A program made the translations under genes and the position numbers. A stretch of DNA of 64,000 nucleotides from Paludibacteraceae bacterium (GTDB taxonomy: Bacteria; Bacteroidota; Bacteroidia; Bacteroidales; Paludibacteraceae), in the NCBI GenBank assembly GCA_024399615.1, contig JAKSNQ010000001.1:6154-70153 (forward strand), in the 5' to 3' direction. A model generated the notes under the pieces. That model saw nothing but the letters and a program-made list of their open reading frames with translations, had not been told where the DNA came from and made no database searches. Within the stretch, counting starts at the first letter, position 1. Each line of letters starts with the position of its first letter. Below, in pieces: positions 29,114 to 36,437 of this stretch.

Positions 29114-29464
29114 ATGCAATCAACCAGACAACAGAAAATCGAGCGTCTGATACAGAAAGACCTCGGTGATATTTTCAACCGCTTTGCCAAGCGTGCAGGT
29201 AATGCCCTGGGCACAGGTCTCCTGATTTCGGTTAGCGAAGTGCGCATCTCACCCGACTTGAGCATCGCACACTCATATTTGAGCATTTTCCCCTCCGACA
29301 AGGCAGAAGCCGTGTTGGCAATGATAAAAGAGGAGCAGAAAACGATTCGTTTCGAATTAGGGAATTTGGAACGCAACCAGTTGCGCATCATCCCCGAACT
29401 GAATTTCCACATTGACACCACACTTGACCACATGGAGGTCATCGATTCTTTACTGAAGCAATAA
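29114..29464 (+). CDS. rbfA: ribosome-binding factor A
   Basis: 116 aa. RQQKIERLIQKDLGDIF N-terminus typical of RbfA. Confidence 0.88.
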   Translation: MQSTRQQKIERLIQKDLGDIFNRFAKRAGNALGTGLLISVSEVRISPDLSIAHSYLSIFPSDKAEAVLAMIKEEQKTIRFELGNLERNQLRIIPELNFHIDTTLDHMEVIDSLLKQ

Positions 29465-30682
29465 TTGCGTTTCGAACTGAAAATAGCATGGCGATATCTG
29501 TTTGCCCAAAAGAGTCATAACGCAATCAATATCGTATCCGGAGTGAGCGCAGCAGGCGTTTGCATCGCAACTGCTGCCCTTGTATGTATACTCTCTGTCA
29601 TGAATGGTTTCAACCGCGTGATAGAGGGTATGTTCTCTAATTTTGACCCCGAGCTGGTCATCGAGCCCCGTAATGGTAAAACATTTTCGATTGCCACCGA
29701 ATCCATGCAAGCCGTGAAGCAGCTGCCTGAAATAGCCATATTTTCAGAGTCGGTGCAAGAGACGGCCATGATTGAATACAAAGAACATCAAACGGCAGCT
29801 ATCGTCAAGGGAGTAAGTGATAATTACCAACAACTGGTCAACATCGACTCCATCGTCAGCGATGGTGAATATTGCGTATATGATGGCGCTTTTAACAGGT
29901 GCGTGATGGGTTGGGCGTTGGCCAACCAAATCGGCATCAATGCCCATTTTGTAGGGGGAGTCAAGATGTATGCACCCAAACGGTACGAACGTGTCAATAT
30001 GCTCCGTCCTGACCAATCTCTCAATAAAGAGGTAGTCTATATTGCCGGCACTTTTGCCGTCAATCAGCAGCAGTATGACAATCAATACGTACTAACCTCA
30101 TTGGCATGCGCCCGACAACTATTCGACTACGCAATGGACGAAGTATCGTCGGTCGAGATACGTGTTGCAGACGGGCAGTCTGTCAAGCAGGTACAAAAGA
30201 GCATCATTAAACTGATAGGTGATGATTTTCAAGTATTGGACCGCTACCAGCAGCAGGCCGACTTTTTTCGTATTTCGCAGATCGAAAAACTTCTTTGTGC
30301 ACTACTTCTGGCTTTCATCTTAATGATAGCGTCATTCAATATCATCGGCTCATTGTCAATGCTCATGTTGGAAAAAAAAGAAGACATACTTGTGCTCCAG
30401 AATCTAGGGGCCTCATCCAAACAGATTCGTCATATTTTCCTATACGAAGGTTGGATGATATCGTTTCTTGGCGCTATGATTGGACTGATAGCAGGTGTTG
30501 CGATATGTCTGCTACAGCAGGAATATGGATTGCTCAAGTTGGGCAATGGCTACGAGTATGCCCTTTCTGCTTATCCTGTCTCGGTAGAGGTACTTGACAT
30601 CGTACTGATAACCCTCATCGTTTTGGTCATGGGCTTTTTAGCCGCATGGTACCCAACGCGCAACATTAAGAACAATGATTAG
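29465..30682 (+). CDS. FtsX-like ABC transporter permease (LolC/E-like)
   Basis: LKIAWRYLFAQKSHNAINIVSGVS N-terminus, large periplasmic loop, three C-terminal TMs. TTG start directly after the rbfA stop. Confidence 0.82.
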   Translation: MRFELKIAWRYLFAQKSHNAINIVSGVSAAGVCIATAALVCILSVMNGFNRVIEGMFSNFDPELVIEPRNGKTFSIATESMQAVKQLPEIAIFSESVQETAMIEYKEHQTAAIVKGVSDNYQQLVNIDSIVSDGEYCVYDGAFNRCVMGWALANQIGINAHFVGGVKMYAPKRYERVNMLRPDQSLNKEVVYIAGTFAVNQQQYDNQYVLTSLACARQLFDYAMDEVSSVEIRVADGQSVKQVQKSIIKLIGDDFQVLDRYQQQADFFRISQIEKLLCALLLAFILMIASFNIIGSLSMLMLEKKEDILVLQNLGASSKQIRHIFLYEGWMISFLGAMIGLIAGVAICLLQQEYGLLKLGNGYEYALSAYPVSVEVLDIVLITLIVLVMGFLAAWYPTRNIKNND

Positions 30683-30697
30683 AACGCTACGTCAACA

Positions 30698-31258
30698 ATG
30701 AACCGATATTTTTACATACTTCTTGTATTGCTAACAAGCATTTTTTGCGCTTGCAAGCCAGACAACAACATTGTCCCACCGGTCGACACACCTACGCAGT
30801 TTACCACCGGCCAGGTCGTGTTTCATGGTCCATACTATGCCAATGGTGGTTGTTCAAGCAACGTCCTAAGCGTGGATTTGTTTTCTGAAGGTTTACGTCT
30901 AACTTCACAAGGAAAGATGGAAGGTACGGGCGCTAACCTCTATTTCTCAGATATCTTTCTGGCCCCAACCGATACCACCCTCATGGATGGTGAGTATGTC
31001 TCAGACACCACAGCGGCCCCATTTACATTTTTGCCGGGAGCCAATTACGAAGCTAATGTAACGGGCGCCTATTTACTGCAAATAACAGATAACAAGTTGA
31101 CGAGCATCAGTCTCTTACCAGAGGCGAGAATTACTGTCTCCCATAGCAATGGTGGCGCCATCACAACGATTCTGGTTAGGGGCACATTCAGCAACCAAAA
31201 GACATATCAAGCCGATTTCGATGGCACATTGCGTTATGTCAACCGAAGCAATCTATAA
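30698..31258 (+). CDS. hypothetical lipoprotein
   Basis: Signal peptide with lipobox (LTSIFCAC). No recognisable domain. Confidence 0.65.
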   Translation: MNRYFYILLVLLTSIFCACKPDNNIVPPVDTPTQFTTGQVVFHGPYYANGGCSSNVLSVDLFSEGLRLTSQGKMEGTGANLYFSDIFLAPTDTTLMDGEYVSDTTAAPFTFLPGANYEANVTGAYLLQITDNKLTSISLLPEARITVSHSNGGAITTILVRGTFSNQKTYQADFDGTLRYVNRSNL

Positions 31259-32138
31259 GGAATATCATACTTTCCTAAAACTGGAAAAGGCGTTGTCCCA
31301 AAACTCGGTCTTGGCCTATGAACAAGACCTACAGAAATTACGCTCCTATATGGAGGCCTGCGGCATTAATCCCATTAAGGCCACCTATGACGATTTGCAG
31401 GAGTTTGTATATAGCACATTTCAGTCGGTCTCCAACACGCGCACTCAGTCTCGTATTTTATCCGGAATACACTCATTTTACAAATTTCTGCTCTATACAC
31501 ATCGCATCGAACAGGACCCATCGGAACTGATAGAGATGCCCAAGCGCGAGTCACACCTTCCACAGGTGCTTAGTTTGGAGGAGATTGATGCCATCATCAA
31601 GGCCGTGGATCTTTCGAAGCCCGAAGGACATCGCAACGTAGCGATTATAGAGATGCTGTATGGTTCAGGTCTGCGCGTGAGTGAATTAGTTAATCTGAGA
31701 CTCTCCAACATGTATCTGGACGAAGAATACATGCAAGTGGAGGGCAAAGGTTCAAAGCAGCGTTTGGTTCCCATCTCCCCCTCTGCCAAACAACAATTCC
31801 TTTATTGGCAGCAAGACCGCAATTATCTGCAGATCCAATCAGGACAAGAAGATTATGCGTTCCTCAACCGACGAGGTCACCAATTGACTCGCGCCATGAT
31901 TTTCACCATGATACGCCAACTATGCGCTACCGCCGGTATTCAGAAAACCATCTCTCCACACACGTTCCGTCACTCGTTCGCGACCCATTTGCTGCAAAAT
32001 GGAGCCGATTTGCGCGTCATACAAGCACTTTTAGGACACGAGGACATCACCACCACCGAGATTTACACCCATCTGGAAATGTCTGACTTGAGGAAAGCCA
32101 TTCTCACCTGCCATCCCGCCAATCGAAAACAAGGCTGA
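31236..32138 (+). CDS. xerD: tyrosine recombinase XerD
   Basis: N-terminal SAM-like core-binding region (FLKLEKALSQNSVLAYEQDL). Catalytic HTFRHSFATHLL and LGHEDITTTEIYTHL. Start uncertain between 31221 and 31236. Confidence 0.88.
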   Translation: MSTEAIYKEYHTFLKLEKALSQNSVLAYEQDLQKLRSYMEACGINPIKATYDDLQEFVYSTFQSVSNTRTQSRILSGIHSFYKFLLYTHRIEQDPSELIEMPKRESHLPQVLSLEEIDAIIKAVDLSKPEGHRNVAIIEMLYGSGLRVSELVNLRLSNMYLDEEYMQVEGKGSKQRLVPISPSAKQQFLYWQQDRNYLQIQSGQEDYAFLNRRGHQLTRAMIFTMIRQLCATAGIQKTISPHTFRHSFATHLLQNGADLRVIQALLGHEDITTTEIYTHLEMSDLRKAILTCHPANRKQG

Positions 32139-32254
32139 TACACAAAAAACGCACCACACTCATCCAAAACGACATTTGGAAATGTCACAGAATTGAACAA
32201 GTAGAGTATCGTAGGTTCGAAACAAGATTATGGGATACATACCTAACCCTTATC

Positions 32255-35200
32255 TCAAAAAAGGGACATTTGACCACCAGATGCAGATTTGTCAGTTTTC
32301 TTAGCCTTTTTTATCTTGCTGCTTTTGCCCTCTGTTGTAGGTTCGTCTTCAGAGATAGAACTCTCTACTATTGGCTCTTGTTCTTTGGAAACGACGGACG
32401 TCTTTTCTACAACAATCTCCTCGGATTCAGGAGACACTGTAGCAGGTATAGTCTCAACGGGAGCAGGAGAAACAATCTCGAACGCCACACCCTCTGCGTC
32501 CAAAACATCTACTTTAGGCATCTTGGTCTTGCGAGTTTTTTTGCTCTTCTTTGCAGTAATCTCCTGCGCCTCCGGACTTTCAGATACCTCCGAAACCTTC
32601 TGCTCTGTGTTGTTCTCCGCAGTCTCTGATACGGCGTCTGTTTCCACCAAAGGCTCTACGACCTCCGCAAAGGCGTTTGCTGATTCAAAATCCTCCTTTA
32701 TTTCCGTACTTTCAACTGATACAGAAGACGACATGACATCTAAATCTTCAAGAACATCCGTATTTTCAGGATTATCAAGGGTCTCTGCTTCGTCAGGCAA
32801 TGGTGTGATATCCTCCAATCGTGCAACCTCCAAGGTAGTGATACGTTTACCTCGTGCCGTAGCACCTTTCACACCGATAAAATCAGCCATCACAATCGTG
32901 AGTGGTTCCTTGAGTGGATCCTTAAGGGTAACGAGGAAAGTGGCATCCTCCCGATCGGACAACAGCTCGATGCGCGAAGAAGCATTCTCACCTACAAAAT
33001 TAATTGGTTTGGGCGAAGGCAGCATCTGGAAACGCTTGCCATAGTAGTATTTTTGATCCGCATCCCAAAGCAGAAGTGACCACACTTTGTCAGCATCATA
33101 CTTTTGGATGAGACGAATATTATCTTCAAAATGGGCAGTCAAATCGAATGACGTGAGATAATAGTCACCATTTTTAGTCAGCACCAACACCTGATCATCG
33201 CTCTGAAACTCTCCCAAATACATACCCATTCCGTCATAGTTGATTCGCAGCACATCGGGGTCGAACCACACCTTTCGACCACCCAAAGTCGAGCCACCCT
33301 TTGCACGTAAGGTTATGGACTTGACATCATACTTGCTGAGCACATTGCCACGTGCACTACGACTCTTGATGGCCAATTCGGAGAAGTCCATCGTGTAATC
33401 ATCCTTTTTCTGATGCGCAGCCGGCTTCAATTGTACACGTATCACTTCGGCCTCACCATTGGGGTTGGCAGTGAAATATACAACGCGCGAACCTGCTTTG
33501 CCTTGCGTCAGATCATATTCCTTATCACGGGTAATGCCTGTCACGTTGAAACGTTTCCAAAAATATACCCCAGCCTTACCATCACGATACACAACATTGT
33601 ATATCGTACGCACATCGTTCTTCTTAAAAATCGCCAAGTGCAAAATATTGGTTCCCACAAATAACTTGTCAGCCACCTTTACAATCTTGTACTTACCATC
33701 CTTATAGAAGATAATGATATTATCCAAGTCGGAACAATCAAACAAATATTCGTCTTTCTTGAGCGTAGTGCCAATAAAACCATCGGTGCGATTGATGTAC
33801 AATTTCTCGTTGGCTTCCACAACAGTTGTAGCGTTGATGGCCACGAAATTGCGAACCTCGGTACGTCTTGGATAACGTGCTCCATAGCGGTCTTTCAATC
33901 CCTGATACCACTGCAAGGTATAGTCAGTCAGATGCGCCAAGTTATGCTTAACAGCTGCTATTTTCTTTTTCAACTCAGCGATAAGTTCGTCTGCCTTCTT
34001 TGAGTCAAAACGCGTGATACGAATCATACGTATCTCAAACAGACGTTCGATATCTTCACGACGTACTTCACGTATCAGTTTCGCCTTGAACGGCTCCAAA
34101 GCATGATCGACAAACGTAACTAACGCATCCTTGTTAGGTGCCTGTTCATAACCCTGCTCCTTGTAAATGCGATTTTCGATGAAGATGCGTTCCAGCGAGG
34201 TATAGAACAGTTGTTCCTCCAGTTCACCCTTGTGAATCTCCAACTCCCACCTGAGCAAATCACGCGTATTGTCTGCCGACATTTTCAGCAGGTTACTTAC
34301 GCTCGTAAAGATAGGCGTTTTATCTTGGATGACGCAAGCATTGGGAGAGATGGACAATTCGCAATCGGTGAAAGCATACAATGCATCAATTGCCTTGTCT
34401 GACGAAACACCCGGCTGCAGAGTGATGACAATATCTGCCTCTGCAGCAGTCAGATCCTCCACTTTTTTAATCTTAATCTTTCCCTTTTGGTTAGCTCGCA
34501 AGATTGAATCGATAAGCTTAGGCACCGTTGTTCCAAAAGGAATCTCGGTAATTTCCAACGTCTTTTGATCAATCTTACTGATTTTGGCACGTATCTTCAC
34601 CACGCCTCCGCGCTCACCATCGTTATAACGACTTACATCGATTGAACCTCCGGTGGGGAAATCGGGAAAGAGTTGAAAATCTTCCCCTCTCAAATACGCC
34701 ATAGCTGCGTCACACAACTCACAAAAATTGTGCGGCAGTATTTTAGAGTTCAAACCAACAGCAATACCTTCCACTCCCTGCGCCAATAGCAGTGGAAATT
34801 TGATAGGCAAGTTAACAGGCTCGTTCTTTCGCCCATCATACGATTTCATCCAATGAGTTGTTTTCGAGTTGAAAACCGTTTCCAAAGCGAACTTACTCAA
34901 TCGCGCTTCGATGTAACGAGGTGCAGCTGCACCATCACCCGTTAGGATATTACCCCAGTTTCCCTGACAATCGATGAGGAGATCTTTTTGCCCCAACTGT
35001 ACCAATGCATCACCAATGGAAGCATCTCCATGCGGGTGATACTGCATGGTCTGTCCCACAATATTCGCCACCTTATTGTACTTACCATCATCCACACACT
35101 TCATCGCATGCAGAATGCGTCTCTGTACCGGTTTGAGACCATCGTAAATACTAGGCACAGCACGCTCCAATATCACATACGAAGCATAGTCCAAGAACCA

Positions 35201-35329
35201 GTCTTGGTACATACCCGTCAAGTGATACTTGTTTCCATCAGCACTGTTTCCTGATTGGGGCTTATAGTTACTATGAGCCTCCTCAGAAGGAAGGCTTTCT
35301 TCTGGGGTCAACTCGTCGTCCTCTACCAT
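32255..35329 (-). CDS. parC: DNA topoisomerase IV subunit A with long acidic C-terminal extension
   Basis: WFLDYASYVILERAVPSIYDGLKPVQRRILHAM (ParC-type, not the GyrA SVIVSRALP type) and active-site region AAPRYIEARL. The last 180 aa or so are low-complexity E/S/V/T. Confidence 0.88.
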   Translation of the reverse strand: MVEDDELTPEESLPSEEAHSNYKPQSGNSADGNKYHLTGMYQDWFLDYASYVILERAVPSIYDGLKPVQRRILHAMKCVDDGKYNKVANIVGQTMQYHPHGDASIGDALVQLGQKDLLIDCQGNWGNILTGDGAAAPRYIEARLSKFALETVFNSKTTHWMKSYDGRKNEPVNLPIKFPLLLAQGVEGIAVGLNSKILPHNFCELCDAAMAYLRGEDFQLFPDFPTGGSIDVSRYNDGERGGVVKIRAKISKIDQKTLEITEIPFGTTVPKLIDSILRANQKGKIKIKKVEDLTAAEADIVITLQPGVSSDKAIDALYAFTDCELSISPNACVIQDKTPIFTSVSNLLKMSADNTRDLLRWELEIHKGELEEQLFYTSLERIFIENRIYKEQGYEQAPNKDALVTFVDHALEPFKAKLIREVRREDIERLFEIRMIRITRFDSKKADELIAELKKKIAAVKHNLAHLTDYTLQWYQGLKDRYGARYPRRTEVRNFVAINATTVVEANEKLYINRTDGFIGTTLKKDEYLFDCSDLDNIIIFYKDGKYKIVKVADKLFVGTNILHLAIFKKNDVRTIYNVVYRDGKAGVYFWKRFNVTGITRDKEYDLTQGKAGSRVVYFTANPNGEAEVIRVQLKPAAHQKKDDYTMDFSELAIKSRSARGNVLSKYDVKSITLRAKGGSTLGGRKVWFDPDVLRINYDGMGMYLGEFQSDDQVLVLTKNGDYYLTSFDLTAHFEDNIRLIQKYDADKVWSLLLWDADQKYYYGKRFQMLPSPKPINFVGENASSRIELLSDREDATFLVTLKDPLKEPLTIVMADFIGVKGATARGKRITTLEVARLEDITPLPDEAETLDNPENTDVLEDLDVMSSSVSVESTEIKEDFESANAFAEVVEPLVETDAVSETAENNTEQKVSEVSESPEAQEITAKKSKKTRKTKMPKVDVLDAEGVAFEIVSPAPVETIPATVSPESEEIVVEKTSVVSKEQEPIVESSISEDEPTTEGKSSKIKKAKKTDKSASGGQMSLF

Positions 35330-35358
35330 AGATTGCAGGAGTGAGAATTATAGGGGGA

Positions 35359-35526
35359 TTATTGCAGTTTCTTGTTAATGAAAATATATGCAAGGATGCC
35401 TACAAACTCGAGTACGAGCGATGCAGCCAACAGACCATTTGAAGGAACAGCGAAGTAGTAAACTACCAAGCATACAACACCACAAAGTACCAAAATCACG
35501 CCGAGGTATTGAAATAGATTTTTCAT
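35359..35526 (-). CDS. possible 55-aa two-TM small membrane protein
   Basis: Not in the ORF track. Hand translation: MKNLFQYLGVILVLCGVVCLVVYYFAVPSNGLLAASLVLEFVGILAYIFINKKLQ. It has its own promoter boxes upstream and sits 29 nt upstream of the parC start. Confidence 0.45.
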   Translation of the reverse strand: MKNLFQYLGVILVLCGVVCLVVYYFAVPSNGLLAASLVLEFVGILAYIFINKKLQ

Positions 35527-35604
35527 GTGTAAAGTGTATTTATCGATTGTTGTTTTGTGCAGGTCAAAGTCTCAACATATAAATCGAGACTTTCTTTCAG
35601 TTTG

Positions 35605-35636
35605 CAAAATTACTAAGAATTTTTGAATTATGCAAA
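35605..35636 (-). promoter_or_regulatory. Bacteroidota-type promoter (minus strand) for small membrane protein/parC
   Basis: On the minus strand: TTTG (35636-35633), 20-nt spacer, TAATTTTG (35612-35605). Confidence 0.55.
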
Positions 35637-35667
35637 TATTTCTGTCAATTATCTAAGATTTAGGTGC

Positions 35668-35700
35668 AAAAAAAAGCACTTGGGCCTATGTCCAAGCGCT
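35668..35700 (-). terminator. intrinsic terminator of the Cys-rich lipoprotein gene
   Basis: Minus-strand hairpin AGCGCTTGG/CCAAGTGCT (the G.U pair forms only on the minus-strand RNA), followed by eight U. Confidence 0.6.
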
Positions 35701-35727
35701 TTTATGAGAGAGAACCAGTCGCTAAAA

Positions 35728-35952
35728 TTACTCAGCAACAGCCTCAACAACAGCCTCAGCAGCTTCTTCAACTGCATCAACAGCCTCTTCAACTGCCTCA
35801 ACAGCAGCCTCTTGCTTGCAGCACTCACCTGCGTGCTCGCAGCATTCTACATTTTCGCCCTCAGCGCAGCACTTCTGCTCGCCTTCTGCATTCTTCTTGC
35901 AGCAGCCCATTGCCAAGCAAGCAACAGCTGCGATAAGCATAATCTTCTTCAT
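35728..35952 (-). CDS. small Cys-rich lipoprotein (four CC pairs plus acidic heptad tail)
   Basis: Signal peptide plus lipobox (LAMG|C). The mature 58 aa is CCKKNAEGEQKCCAEGENVECCEHAGECCKQ followed by an A/V/E heptad repeat. Flanked by its own promoter and terminator on this strand. Confidence 0.6.
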   Translation of the reverse strand: MKKIMLIAAVACLAMGCCKKNAEGEQKCCAEGENVECCEHAGECCKQEAAVEAVEEAVDAVEEAAEAVVEAVAE

Positions 35953-36040
35953 AACGCGTTGTAATAATAAATGATTGTTAGACTAATCAATTTGGTAATT
36001 AGTGTTTCCCAAATCAGCACTCACGTGCCAAAAACGACTG

Positions 36041-36072
36041 CAAAATTACTGCTATTTTTTCAAACAAGCAAA
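36041..36072 (-). promoter_or_regulatory. Bacteroidota-type promoter (minus strand) for the Cys-rich lipoprotein gene
   Basis: On the minus strand: TTTG (36072-36069), 20-nt spacer, TAATTTTG (36048-36041). Confidence 0.6.
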
Positions 36073-36160
36073 TTTTTCTGCTGAAAATAAGCATTTTGCT
36101 ATGAATTCAGTATTTTTTGCTATGTTTGGATAGCATATTGCCCTCTTTATTTGGCATGAA

Positions 36161-36215
36161 GACTGCTTGTAGACTGCTTGTAGACTGCTTGCAGACTCCT
36201 TGCAGACACCTTGAT
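36161..36215. repeat. 5 x 11-bp tandem direct repeat (GACTGCTTGTA, degenerating)
   Basis: GACTGCTTGTA GACTGCTTGTA GACTGCTTGCA GACTCCTTGCA GACACCTTGAT, read directly from the sequence in an intergenic region. Confidence 0.9.
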
Positions 36216-36272
36216 TTGGAATCTGATGTAAGACCGCGCTTCATATGCGCTCCATTCAGCCATCCAAATCTC

Positions 36273-36320
36273 AATAAAACGAGCGCAGAAAGCTGTGATT
36301 CTACGCTCGTTTATTTTATT
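36273..36320. terminator. hairpin, possibly a bidirectional terminator (downstream of GH57, or end of a plus-strand sRNA)
   Basis: AATAAAACGAGCG ... CGCTCGTTTATTT arms (7-bp GC core plus AU extension), large 18-nt loop, T-rich flank on both strands. Confidence 0.4.
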
Positions 36321-36437
36321 GGGGTGCTATAAATGTCTTTCCATACGAAGGAAAATAACCAAAATTCCTCGTTTACATAAATATATAACGGAAGGCAAAC
36401 ACTTATGGCTACCCTAAATTAACAAAGAACACCTTAC

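Noticed and set aside
31236-32138. Tyrosine recombinase as a possible integrase of a mobile element
   Set aside because: Its size, N-terminal core-binding region and HxxR/Y motifs fit housekeeping XerD. There is no flanking tRNA, direct repeats, excisionase, transfer genes or cargo genes, and the neighbours are core genes (rbfA, an FtsX-like permease, parC).
35623-35964. 113-aa and 90-aa (poly-Q/P/L-like) plus-strand ORFs over the Cys-rich lipoprotein locus
   Set aside because: The DNA is low-complexity, so it is open in several frames. Only the minus-strand frame has a signal peptide with lipobox, correctly spaced promoter boxes, and a terminator whose G.U pair works on that strand.
36117-36332. 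71-aa ORF (TTG start) covering the 11-bp tandem repeat
   Set aside because: It reads through the repeat array and the terminator-like hairpin. It has a non-ATG start and no signal or domain features. A non-coding interpretation is more likely (see the finding at 36095-36320).
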